A stretch of 64,000 nucleotides of DNA. It comes from Chlorokybus atmophyticus. Its lineage: Eukaryota; Plantae; Mesostigma and Chlorokybus algae. Below the pieces are notes generated by a model. That model ran no database searches, had not been told where the DNA came from, and saw only the letters and a program-made list of their open reading frames with translations. The stretch spans positions 99,633 through 163,632 of the forward strand of contig RHPI01002264.1 in NCBI GenBank assembly GCA_009103225.1. The letters run 5' to 3'. Shown piece after piece: positions 42,401 to 54,700 of the stretch (position 1 is its first letter; each line of letters opens with the position of its first letter). A program made the translations under genes and the position numbers.

Positions 42401-44059
42401 CCCATGCTGTCCACATCGATGACACAGCACAAGGGCAGGCAAAGCAGTATTCGCTGATCGTTTCCCTTCGTCACGTGCTGGTGGAGCGTCCCGGCCACGT
42501 TCGCAGCGAGGAGGCTCGACAGTCGTGCTAGCTACATGCCGTGAGGCGCTGCGGTTGGTGTACAGCACTGCCTTCTCATACACCAAGCGCTTATGGATGG
42601 CTTGTGCAGTGTCGAAAGCTTCCTTGAGCGTGTAGCCAAGGGGCCTGCTGTAGTTCAGGGGTCAGGCGCGTCGACTTGCTCAGGGTGGCATCCAACTCAT
42701 TGACATATACCGCTGCAGCCGCCTCGTCACTGACGATCTTGTAGTTAATGTTCCTCAACAGCCCTTCCAGTCTGGAGTACAGGCGTAGAGGGTCCTCATT
42801 GGGCTTGCGTCAAAACCGCCTCAACTTCTCCACTTTGCTCGTGGTCTGCGGTGGGAAGGTGCGACGAAGTGCAGCGTATAGATCCTTGAGTGGAGATTCA
42901 AAAATGGCAGCACCTACAGTGATGGCTGGCGCGCGCAGTGCAATTGACCCGAGGGCGAAAGCATTGCCTCCCGCACGAGAGCCAGGTGTTGCCAAAGGTA
43001 GGGGTGTGCCCACCTCAACTGCTGCTGTTCGTTGCTCCTCAAGGATAACAGCAGAACGGTCCAGGATCCAGGCCCGTTGTGCGGCCGTCTTGATCTCAAT
43101 CTCTGCAGGGGTCAGGTTGGCGATCACCAACTCAGGTTCCTCCTCCTCTGCTCTGTCAATGGCTGCCGCTATGGACAACCCGGTGACTGCAGCGGGAGTG
43201 GCAGGTGGAAAGACGGCTGCTGGACTGTGCAGTGACGCAGATGCTATAATACTGGCGAGCTCGCCATAGCCATCAACTCGATGCAGTTAAGCAACAGACT
43301 TCCACACATTTTGTGCTACATGATCCAGATACTGAGCGGCAATGTGAAAAGAGATCTCGTCTGACCAATCTTCGTTTTTCAGAGCCTGCTGTCGCATCTT
43401 GGAGTGGAACTTGATGATGAATTCGTCCAGCGAGGTAGTGCCAGCACGTCCGCAGAAGCGCAGGGACGTGGTTCAGCTGAAAGACTCCATCTCGTAGTCG
43501 TCACTGTCGGACGAGAGTGGGGAAGCTCGATGCCGAGCAGTGGACAGGAACGGAGTGAAGTCGGAGACAAAACGCGAGCCTCTGCTGAAATGATCATTGC
43601 TCCCGTCGCTAGTCCGCTCGTAGGTGAGATTGAAGGTTGGGCTTCAGCTGCTGAGGTCACCCTCGTCTAGCGGAGAGAACGGAGTGGGTTTGCTCATACA
43701 GCTAGTCCAAAGGTGAAAGTGTATGCAGGGTAGAGTGTTTGTGCTCTACCGCCTGTCTCGATGCCGCTACCACTCACCACACTAGTGCTTGTGTGCGCTA
43801 TGTGATAACATAGATAACAAATGCACAGGGATGTGTCCCCAGATACAGACTGCACTATCTGATGCAGAATGCAACGCACTCACTTGAGCAAAGAGGGTGA
43901 CACCGTGAGTCAACAAGCCCATACCATAGGTAGTGCTGTTTACGCAGTTCTTTGCACGAGCGGAAAATATGTTACACTGTTAAGTGAGGTGAATGAGCAA
44001 GCAACATGCACCGGTAATTCTGGACCCCCCAAATTTCTGGAAATTCAGCGCATTTGCCC

Positions 44060-44680
44060 TGAATACTCATGTGTTTTATGTGTGAACTCGCCACTTGCGT
44101 GGCTGCAGAGGTCGCTGTTACGGTTGCTGATTATTCAGGCCAAATGCCCTGAATACAAGCAATGGATATTCACACGTTTTGGGCATGAATAATAATTGTA
44201 ATTGTCCATCTCGCACACAACCTCCTACATGTGAGTAGTTATTCACTCGCAACAGAACTGCATATTCAGTCTTCTTAGGTATACATGGTCCTAGACTTGT
44301 ACCATGGCACCAAGTGATTATTCATACTTTGTGTGCGTGAATATTTACAGCGCCTGCTCTCACACTAGGTCCTCCTTATTAGTAATTATTCACACGCATA
44401 TTGGCTTAATGTTCACACATACTAAAGCTGTTTCAACAGCACATGTACCATACTAGCAAGTGATTATTCATATGATATGTGATTGAATAATACAGCATAT
44501 TTGCTCTCACACATAGTCCTATATATGAGTGGTTATTCACCCATAGTATGGTTGAACAATCACTGCTGCCTTTGGTCGATTTTTCACGAGAATGATAATT
44601 GAATCATACAGCACTTCTGCTCACACACATAGTCCTACATATAAGTGGTTATTCGCTCACAGTTTGGTTGAATAATCACT
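44060..44680. repeat. Subterminal short repeats (TATTCA/TGAATA core) in both orientations
   Basis: About 15 copies such as GTTATTCAC, GATTATTCA, CCTGAATAC and TTGAATAAT within about 620 bp. This layout is typical of CACTA subterminal regions. Confidence 0.7.
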
Positions 44681-44832
44681 GCATCTTGCTATCGTCAACA
44701 GCTGTGACATAGCATAGCTGTGACATAGCACATAGCAATCAGTCCAGCCGGTGAATCTGAACAGCAATGTCAGCTGAATGGCAGCTGACTCGAACAACAA
44801 ATTCACTGATGTCTACAATGTATCTCTGCTAC

Positions 44833-47339
44833 CTACTTCTTGCTGCCTCGACCACGCCCACCGCGCCCACCGCGCCCACCCCGGCTGCCCTTCCCACGGC
44901 CCCTCCCGCGCTGTGTGGTTGTGCCTTCTTTTGCTGGCTCCCTCACCTTGATACTCTTCAGCAACCCAACAGGCCAAAGTAGCAACAAACCCGGCTCGCA
45001 CTCTGCGCATACATCAACCACACATGAACTCAGCTGACTTGCACAATGTTGAAACTGTTCGTGCAATCGCATGCACACAAACGCGTTCACCTTTCAAGTG
45101 GGTCACTTGCACTCCAACCCCATCACGCTTGAAGCTGATTGGCAGAGGCACAACCTCTTCTTCCCCTGGTCCGGGACGTCTGGTCCTAGTGATGGGAAGA
45201 CTGCGGCTGAACTGGACCACCATGTTGCCCTCTCCAATCTTCTTGCCATGAAACTTGTTGACAGGATTGATGTCGCTTACGTGCGCCTCCCCTACTGGTT
45301 CTTTGCGCCCGTTAATGAACAGTTGGACTTCACTGCCAACCTTCATCGTCGGTGCGGTGTCGTCCTTGTCGCTCAGCTCTTCCTGCGCATGCAAGTGACA
45401 AACACATCAAGAGGTACACACATACACAGATGTGATCTCTCATACAGCGCTTGCGAAGCGACCTGCCTTCTGCGAGTCGTTGTCGCTGTTGTTGGGGCTG
45501 TCCCCCTCGCTGTCCGGGGCGCTGTCCTTGGCGCCATCTTCACCGCTGTTCTCGCTTCTATCTGTCTCAGGCATTTCTGAATACGTTGGCTCATCCTGCG
45601 CGACAAGGTGACACGACGTGTTAACAAGCTTACAACCGTCACGCAACGAATGCGTGCCTGCCGCAGGTGACAGTTTGTGTGCAGCCAGAAGAACGCAAGA
45701 AGCCCATAAGATCAAGTACATGGTGCTTTCATACCTCCTTTTGCTTGCCGCTCTTCTTCTCCAACACCGTCTCCTGCTTGCCAGTCGAGTGGCCTGCCTC
45801 CTGAGACTTGTAGGGAGCCGGTATCGAGCGAACAGTTTTGTTTGTTTTCTTTTTGGGGGGGCTTGACACCTCATCCTCCTGCCAACAGCATGAAGTCAGA
45901 TGGTGAGCCACAACTCAGTGCATTGCCGCTCTATCAAGTCCAATGCTGCGTACCTCACCAGACACTTTGCGCTTCCCTGAGCTGCTGTCACGCACATCAG
46001 CACCCTGCTTGGCACGTGCCTGAACACAACAGTCATGAACGATCATGAACACATGTTTAGCAAAGTACAAGCAGGAGCGGCATCTGACCTGTGAACCAGT
46101 AGCAAGAGAACTTCAGGGTTGTGGTGCAGTGCCTTCCTTGTTACCTATCGCATACACAAGGCACCGATCACAAAAACCTGCATATACACACAGTACTTCA
46201 GCAGCTGCCTGCGCGCGCAAGACGCGGCTCACGCTGCGAGGTGCCATTTTTGTCGTCGCTGGCGTCGCTGGCGGGATGTGAACGCGTGGGCGCCGTGCAA
46301 TTACAAGGGGTCATCATACACACCACACAACCTGCATACATAAGGCACCATCAAATACAAAGCATCGTTCTCAACACGACATTGACAAAGCCAACTTTGT
46401 GCAAACTGTAGGTCACCCTCTGAGGTGGCATCCTCGTCGTCGCTGGCAGATTGCACTTCTTTTGACTTCTTGGGCTTCTTCTTGTTGGCTTTCTATCAAG
46501 CACATGGCAAAGGCACTCAAGACATGCACATCGCACGAACACCTTAGTCACTACATGACACACACCTTGTTGTTCTTGTCGCTAGGCCCTCCCCTGCGCC
46601 TTGGCACAAAGCCCCCCGCGAAAGCCTTCTCCATCATCTCCTTGTAACGATTCCGACTCTTTTCTTTCTGCTTCTCTTTGTGCTTGGGGTTGCTGTATCC
46701 CTTTTTGTTGCCCAGATACTGTTGAATCTTCAAACGCGCCTACCCACCAATAAAGAAGTTATGAACGCCAACACATGCAAAGCAAAGTCCTCCCAGCTCA
46801 AACAATGCTGCCATATTGCATGACAGCTCATGTAACTGTGGGAATTTGCCAACCATTTGATAGGAGAGCTCTGGATTCAGCAGATGCCAGCATTTGGTTG
46901 CAAGAGCGAACTTGAATGGGTCCTGCTTCGTTTGAGTCTTCCCCGGCATCATGCGACAGTACTCGTAGCAAATCCGGCCTTTGTCGGCCAGCTTGGTGAC
47001 CTTGCGACGATCACGGGCATGATGCTTCCCACGCCAATGTAGGACCTTCAGTGCCTGCATGATTTACATTGGTGCACTAGTACAACATGGGACAAAACAG
47101 ACTTCGGCAGCAAGGTCTGACATTGATTGCGGATGCTTGATGCATAAGCTCACTTTTAAGGAGACCATTGCTGTGGTCTCAAGATCACGCAGGTGAACAG
47201 TCGCCTCACTGGTTTCCCACTCATGCTGCAGCTGCTCATCAGAAGGACCACCAGCATTCTTCCCCCATATCTCTTCGTCCAAATTCTCCCATCCTTCGCT
47301 GCAGTTGCTGGACCGCCCACCCGACGTGGTGCCTGACAT
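44833..47339 (-). CDS. TnpA-like (Tnp1/En/Spm-type domain) multi-exon gene with an RGG-rich tail
   Basis: About 8 exons with basic and acidic linkers. VGEAHVSDINPVNKFHGKKIGEGNMVVQF...LLLWPVGLL resembles the Tnp1/En/Spm domain. The tail is RGRGRGKGSRGGRGGRGGRGRGSKK*. The true start may lie further upstream. Confidence 0.6.
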
Positions 47340-47532
47340 GATGATGCCCTCCTGTAGATAGATCAAGCTTGCTTTACAAGTCAGTTGCAACCGCAACCCT
47401 AATCAACCTCAAGTCTTGGTTGACTCAAGTGACTGCAGGTTGTAAGCCATGTGGACTTGCTTGTTGACTTGTCACAGCAAGCAAACCATGTACCTTGCAA
47501 AAGAAGTGTCTCTAAGCTGCTTGCACAAAGGC

Positions 47533-47967
47533 GTGCTTGTGAACTTGTCAAACAGGCACACTGCAAGCCAAACACCCAGTACCTTGTAGAGTAGAAGCTG
47601 CTTTAGCTTGTTGCCAGCTGAACACGACAAAGGTAAGCCTAACAGCAAGCTAGCAGGCAAATGGCATGTGCATGCACAAACATGTGCTTGTGAACTTGTC
47701 AAACAGGCACACTGCAAGCCAAACACCCAGTACCTTGTAGAGTAGAAGCTGCTTCAGCTTCTTGCCAGCTGAACACGACAAAGGTAAGCCTAACAGCAAG
47801 CTAGCAGGCAAATGGCATGTGCATGCACAAACACGTGCTTGTGAACTTGTCAAACAGGCACACTGCAAGCCAAACACCCAGTACCTTGTAGAGTAGAAGC
47901 TGCTTCAGCTTCTTGCCAGCTGAACACGACAAAGGTAAGCCTAACAGCAAGCTAGCAGGCAAATGGC
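47533..47967. repeat. 151-bp tandem repeat, about 2.9 copies
   Basis: Units start at 47533, 47684 and 47835 and are nearly identical. Confidence 0.95.
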
Positions 47968-48482
47968 AGTCCAGAATGCTAGCGGCACAACACCATGCTG
48001 TATTTGCTAATTGCAACGACGTGACCCAGCATGCAACCACTAGAAAGGCAGTGCGACAAGACAGCTGACAACGCTCGCTCACCTCGCCACAGCGCCGCCG
48101 CCGCCAACACAACCAGCAAGTACGCCGGTGCTGTGGGACAATCAGTGCAATTCCCGGTGCGGAAATCCCTGCAATCAATGGAATGCAATGATCGTTCAAA
48201 AAATCCACATCAGCAATTATGCTGGTCGGACACCAGTCGCGTCTCCGCTTGCTCCGACCGCAATAGGCCGCACGAGCAATTGCCGTGGAAATTGCCTTTT
48301 GTCGAAACTTTGATTGCCAAAATGAACTCTATGTTTATTGGTCCATACAAACCAAGCGAAATTACATTCTCTATTTCCGATGAAATCTTCCATGTCCGAG
48401 GACGGTGTCTGTGTGGCTTACCCCAAACTATAAGTAACCCTAACCCAAACATCCAATGCATGCTGGTAGTTGTGCTGCAACA

Positions 48483-49401
48483 ATGGACCCCCCTGTACCC
48501 ATGCGCACCATGAATGAGGCTCTAACGCAGGCGCTCCTCGCAGTCGGGCGGCAATTAGTGGGACTAGGTCAGGTCTTGATACAACCGTGGAACGGTTATG
48601 TGGACTCTGGCGATGCTCGCTATTATCAGGTATCTTTCTCGCTATTCATGGTGTGAGTTGCGTGCGCTATGTCACTCTGCATGCTGCTGACTATGCATGC
48701 CACTATGCATGTGCCATACTGTTGCGCATTGTTTGTACATGCGTATGCCTTGTGTGCGATTTGGGTTGAGTTTGCCTGTGTAGTGTGCATATGTTTGTCC
48801 TGCTATGATAGGAACGCCTATATATATGCACAGCTCTGATTGCTACCATGCAGCACCCTTGCGCGTTACATGCCGTGCATGTCATGCCATGCTACTGCCT
48901 GAATGCGTGTCCAGTTCATGTCCATAACAATAGAGGCGCTGCCTATGCATTTGCATCAACTTCTGGCGCACGTTTATGAATGAATGCGATGCAACATCGC
49001 ATGTTGGCGAGTTAACCTGTAAACTTGTCTGTCAGGTCCAATTATGCAATTGGGAGCTTTCAACTCGTGGAATTGTTCATCAGGCACCCATTGCGATTGC
49101 AGCTACTGTACAAACCGGTGTGTATGTGGCAGTCTCCGTGCATGAGAACACTCCCTCGCCTCCTGATGCGCCTCTTCCTACTCGCACTATCATTAACTCG
49201 GGCACCTATGGCGCTGCTGGCCTGCGCATTGTGATCGAGTGCGACAACAATATTGCTGCACGCTGGAGTGTGTTTACTGGCTCCCAAGTCCCTGCACCTG
49301 GTGCAACGCCCGGTACCAGTCTCACACCAACTTGTAGTGGAGTTGTCCCTACTCGCGACCCTCCTAGTGAACCTAGTGACTCAAGTGACTCGTCGCAATG
49401 A
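48483..49401 (+). CDS. Orphan 170-aa two-exon cargo gene
   Basis: Exon 48483-48629 (donor CAG/gtatct) joins exon 49036-49401 (acceptor gtcag) in frame, ending at TGA. AACCCTAACCC lies about 45 bp upstream. No family recognised. Confidence 0.5.
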
Positions 49402-51188
49402 CCATTGGTCTACACACACTTTGTTTGCCCTTTACACTCTGGTTACCGCTGAGCTGCTCTGCTGGTAATTCTCCAAGTGTGGCTGTTGCTTGTGCAATTA
49501 CTGATAACAGTGGGGTGTGTGCCTTTGTGCACCTTGGAGATCTAGCAGCAGATCAGCTCATGCACAACCGCCACAATTGTGTTCACAACAACATAGTGAC
49601 TAGCAGACTAGTTACATAACAACTATACTACACAACAACTACCAAACTACCACCAAACTATACAACTACACAACAACAACAACTACACAACAACTATACA
49701 ACTACCAAACTACCACAAAATTATAGGCCTTGTGCAAGGATGACGCAAAGATCTGACCTTGTACTTTGTATTACCTCATGGCCGTAGCACAGCCTGCAAG
49801 GCAAAGCGGGTTGCGCTCAAAACTGCTGGACACAAATCAGGCATGCAAGCGCCTAACACTGGCAGTAGAATTGCCCAAACATGCTGTTGGAAAAACCCCT
49901 CACAACTGCACTCACATATGCACAAATACAAGGTATGTTTGCGCAGCAGAAGAAGTGAACACGGACTTTTGCGACACACGCGCGCGTACACACACATGAG
50001 GGCTTACAATCAACTGCCCCAACTGACTGGACACCATACACACATGCACATTCATGTGATACGCATGCAAGAATGCATTTATCTGTCCCTGTCGTCGCTG
50101 GAGCTCTTGCCAACTTCTTGGGCACCGTGACTGGCGGTGTCCTGCAAACATGCTGCAGGCAATGCTCAACCTGTTGATAGCAGCTGTAAGAATGCCAAGA
50201 CACCCAAAACACAGAGCCAAATACTCTGACCTGAGTCTCATCCACAAACNACCATGCCTGGCATGCGAGCCCAGTGAATCACCAACACATGCAAATAACG
50301 GAAACCACAAGGCAGGACACTGAGGGCTTACATGCCGCCCCAGTGAATGACCAGCACACATACACACACGCACGCGCACAATTAAAACATGCATGCAGGC
50401 TTGCACGTATCTGCCTAAGTAGCTCTGCATCAACCAGGATGGCTGCCGCCGTCGCCGCCAACCTCAAGCACCTCGCCGCCGACCACGCCGCCCACAACCA
50501 TTATAACTAAAGACGCTGCCGCGGCCGACCAAGACAACCTCGCCGCAGACCACAACAACCTCCCCGCCACCAACCTTGCAAACTACAACAACTTACAAGC
50601 ACATTGGGGTTAGGGTTAGGGATGCCGGCTATGGCGTCAAAGGTGACTGATGGACCATCACTGATGGCACTGACATCATGTCAGTCCTGCACACTCCAGG
50701 TACAGTCTAACCATCACGCCAATTCTGACANCGATAGCAGCTGTAAGAATGCCAAGACACCCAAAACACAGAGCCAATACTATGATTTGAGTCTCATCCA
50801 CAAACACACCATGCCTGGCATGCGAGCTCTGGTTTACCTGCTGTCTTGGAAGCAGCCGGCTGGATCATCATACCNTTTAGGGTTTTGGTGTAGCGATCGA
50901 GCAGACAACAGGCAACTGGCAAGGCTGGGCGGCAAGGGCGGCATTGTTGGCGAGGTCGGCGGCGGCGTTGGCTTCATTGCTGAAGTGCAAGTGTTGTGTT
51001 TTTGCTCGGTTGTTGTAGTTACTTCATTGAGTCCGAGAACCCTGGCGAGGTGGTTTCTTGCAGCTTCGGGTGGGCTTGCTGGAGGGTTTTGGCACTGCTT
51101 CCAACAAGGTGCAGCACATGCCGTGCTTGTCTTTGTTTGCATGCATGCCCGTTTGATCATTTCGCTAACTATCAAAAGTGCATGTTGT

Positions 51189-51563
51189 CACTCTTGTTAG
51201 CCACCACTTGATGCTAACCAGAGGGGCGGCCTCGTGCGTAAGACCACCTCTTGCTTAGTTTTTAAGCTGTTTTATTTGAGCATGCACTCTTGTTAGCAAC
51301 CACTTGATGCTAACCAGAGGGGCGGCCTCGTGCGTAAGACCACCTCTTGCTCGGTTTTTAAGCTGTTTTATTTGAGCATGCACTCTTGTTAGCCACCACT
51401 TGATGCTAACCAGAGGGGCGGCCTCGTGCGTAAGACCACCTCTTGCTCAGTTTTCAAGCTGTTTTATTTGAGCATGCACTCTTGTTAGCCACCACTTGAT
51501 GCTAACCAGAGGGGCGGCCTCGTGCGTAAGACCACCTCTTGCTCAGTTTCCAAGCTGTTTTAT
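51189..51563. repeat. 96-bp tandem repeat, about 3.9 copies
   Basis: Units start at 51189, 51285, 51381 and 51477. Each contains AGAGGGGCGGCCTCGTGCGTAAGACCACCTCT. Confidence 0.95.
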
Positions 51564-51709
51564 AGTTTTCATTGTGGCTGAGGCTAAAGTGTGCATGCTC
51601 AAGCTTGTCTGCATGCTCAAATAGGCAGCCGTGTGTGTGTGTGCATGCTCATGTTGCTCAACTATGTGTGCTTGTTTTTGGCTGTGAGGCTTTCCTCAGG
51701 TCGTTCATC

Positions 51710-54700
51710 ATGTCCAAGCGAAAGCTCGTTCCCCTTGGCCAGTTTAAGCCTGCAGGTAATAAGTAATGCATGCTTGTTCAGCATGATTATTGTTAACATG
51801 TGGTAACACTAGTCATGCACACAGACAAGAAGCACAAGGGTCCAGCGCACAAGAAGGAACCTGCTAAGAAGGAAGCTGTCCTGCAGAAACCCTGCAAGAA
51901 ATCAAGTAATGTAGCGCTGTTCCAGCTGACCATACTAACGCATGCTCACTGCGGTTGTTTGCCACCATTGTTGCAATAACACTGTCTATTGCAGACCTTT
52001 TTGACACCACAAAGGCTCAGTTGCTGGAGGGGTTCAATAATTGGCGGAAACTAAGGGAGGAGGAGAAGGCTGGGAAGGCGAAGATGTCCACAGAATACAG
52101 TTGGGATGTCGTGGTTGAAATAATGCAGAAGAACCTGAATGAAGATCCTCGCTTGCTTGAGCTCGACAAGAACTTGCAGATCTGCCTACGGAAGTTCGTG
52201 GAGCACCAGCTCAGGCTTTGTGATCCGGAGGCAGCTGCTGGGGGTATGGACCTCGGGCATTTTGGCCTTGAAGATGTTGTTACCGATAATGACATCCATG
52301 AAGAAACGAAGACAAAGTGGGGAAAGAAATTCTCTGACTGGAGGAAAGCGAAGGCGAAGAGCAAGAACCTCATGTCATGGGGTGAGCTGGTGGTCTTTAT
52401 CAAGAAAGCGCTGCGCGAACCAGACTTGGCTTCCCTCGATCGAGAATGGAGGCTCAAGCTACGGCAGTATGTGGAGGAAGAGCTAAGGCTATGTGATCCA
52501 GAGGCAGCTGCTATGGGCATCGACATCGGGGAATACGATCTTGACTACAAAACAGAGGCGCCCAAGCAGCAAGTGGAGGCCCAAGCCAAGCAGCAAGCCG
52601 ACGCGGAGGCCAAGCAGCAAGCGGAGGATCAAGCCAAGCAGCAAGTGGAGGCCCAAGCCAAGCAGCAAGCTGACGCGGAGGCCAAGCAGCAAGCGGATGC
52701 TGAGGCCAAGCAGCAAGCCGACGCGGAGGCCCAGCAGAAAGCTGAGGCCCCACGCAAGTCCCAGACTGCACAAATGCAGGAAGGGCCTCGACCTGAAGCC
52801 GGTACCTCTGCTTCTGCTGTTGAACCAGAAGACGGTCTACCTCCAGCAGAAACGGAGGGCGAGTTAGAGTTGGTTGGGCTGTTGCATGATAAACACCGGC
52901 TTCGGCTTTTCGATGCCTATGCAGTTGGGAATTGCTTCTATGCCTGCCTTGCCCAGTCGTGCCCTCGCGTGAACGCTGCGTGCTTGACACGCGCGAACGC
53001 AGCGGACAACGGGTCTTTCTGGCGAAGCATTGTGCTGGACAATGGCAAACAGCTGCCAACAAGAGAGCAAGCGCAAAAGCTTCGGAAGATCTGTGCTGAG
53101 CAGGTCAACCTTTATTGGTTGCTGGAGTATCGCAACTACGGGGCCTGTGGTGACATGGGCCAGGATTACAAAAAGATGGCCAGGAAATATGGCGTAACCA
53201 GGGCACTTAACAAAAAGCAACTCAAGACTAAGCAAGATGAAGACAACGCTGTAGAGGCTCTGCAGAAAGTGATCGCTGAAGAGAGCGTTTATGCCGATCA
53301 ACTGCAAGTGGCGATCATGGCGCACGCTCTTGGCATTCACATCGGTACTGTGTAGCTCACTGAGGTTGCCGACGAGAAGCAGAACTGCTGGAAAGCAGAG
53401 CACAAGGGCGGCCTCATCGAAGGCGATGACGGGAGGTACTACACAGTGGATGCCAAGGGAGAGAAGCATTCCGTCAAACCTGTAGTGGTGATTGGCGAGG
53501 ATGTTATCGATGTGGCTGGCCATATAATCATTGGCAACACGGATCCAAGCAAGCCCAGCGCGCATTACATGTCTGTTGGTGATGCAAATGGTATACTCTC
53601 TTGGCAGCGCAGCGACATGCCACCAGAAGTCCTGCGCTGCATGTACCCTGCAGATGCCGAGCCCCAGCCCCAGCCCCAGCAGCAAGCCCAGCCCCAGCCC
53701 GAGCCGCAGCCCCAGCCCCAGCCCAAGCAGCAAGCCGAGCCCCAGCCCAAGCAGCAAGCTGATGCCGAGGCCAAGCAGGCCAAGCAGGAGGCCAAGCAGC
53801 AGGTCAAGCTGCGGCAGGAGGCGGAGGCCAAGGCCAAGCTGGATGAGGACAATGCCAAGCAGCGGCAAGAGGAGGCCGAGGCCAAGCAGAGGCAGGAGGC
53901 GGAGGCCAAGGCCAAGCAGGATGAGGCCAATGCCAAGGCCAAGCAGAGGCTGGAGGCCGAGGCCAAGCAGCAGCAGGAGGAGGCCAAGGCCAAGCAGGAT
54001 GAGGCCAATGCTAAGGCCAAGCAGGAGGAGGCCGAGGCCAAGCAGAGGCAGGAGGCGGAGGCTAAGGCCAACGAGGCTAAAGACCAGCAAAGGCAGGAGG
54101 CTGAGGCCAGGAGCCAGCAGGAGGCTGGCGCTATGCAGGTTGATGCCGCTGTTGAGGAGGAGGCTGATGCTATCAGTGATATGTCAATTGACATCAGCAC
54201 CGCAGCAACCAGTGACACCAGTGACACTAAGAAACGCAGACGCCGCCCGTCACGCCGCCAACAGCGAGCTGCTTTGCAAAGGGACAACACGCCTTCCGGT
54301 GCTTTTCGGAAGCTGCATCGTGTGCAACAGGGGGAGCGCACCGTGGACGAATATCACGCGCAGTTTGCACAATTGTGCGGGGTGGCAAACACCTGCGTTG
54401 AGCTGGTGCCTAAGGCCCTTAAGCTACAACTGTTTCTCCAGGGACTCAGGAAAGTAGTGCGCATTGGCGTGCCCAAGGGTCCTTGCAACCAAGATTGGAA
54501 TGCTGATCAGTTCGATTTGCTTGTGTCGGCTGCCAAGACTTGTGAACGGACCTTGCTTGTTAAACAGCAAGCACACCTCGTAGATCGTTCAAAGTTCGAG
54601 TTAGGCAAAGCAAGGCCAAGCAGGTTGCAGAAATTGGAACGACTGGAACAAATCAGCAGTCGTCGGGAGGGCAAGAAGCTGGCACATCAAGCTGCATATC

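Larger units (their letters stand above)
28680..44006 (-). mobile_element. Ty3/Gypsy element B, degenerate, 3'-truncated, interrupted by element C
   Basis: Gag at 43.2-42.3 kb with a CHRCGQHGHYQKKC knuckle. The protease LDFGAQP...DAGSFDL/LLGQDF is split exactly at element C. RT (LDMRQGYNQI, CYIDDILI), RNaseH (HTDWSKLGMGAVL, YEGECLAAVW) and integrase (HFGVKRT, CQQCD, HLQADGLAERTV). A tentative short 5' LTR lies at 43801-44006. Confidence 0.85.

Noticed and set aside
50608-50622. TTAGGG repeats as an interstitial telomere
   Set aside because: Only about 2.5 units; better read as a telo-box-like motif.
50170-50830. About 95-bp direct repeat (50170 and 50732)
   Set aside because: The second copy starts right after an ambiguous N and I could not build a gene model; it may be an assembly effect.
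51189-51563. 96-bp array, and the 151-bp and 61-bp arrays, as CRISPR-like loci
   Set aside because: The units are identical along their whole length, with no unique spacers and no cas genes; the context is eukaryotic.
52864-54457. Long alternative ORFs (52864-54090 minus, Leu/Gly-rich; 53531-54457 plus, Pro/Ser/Arg-rich)
   Set aside because: These are shadow frames of the Q/A/E/K repeat of the OTU gene.
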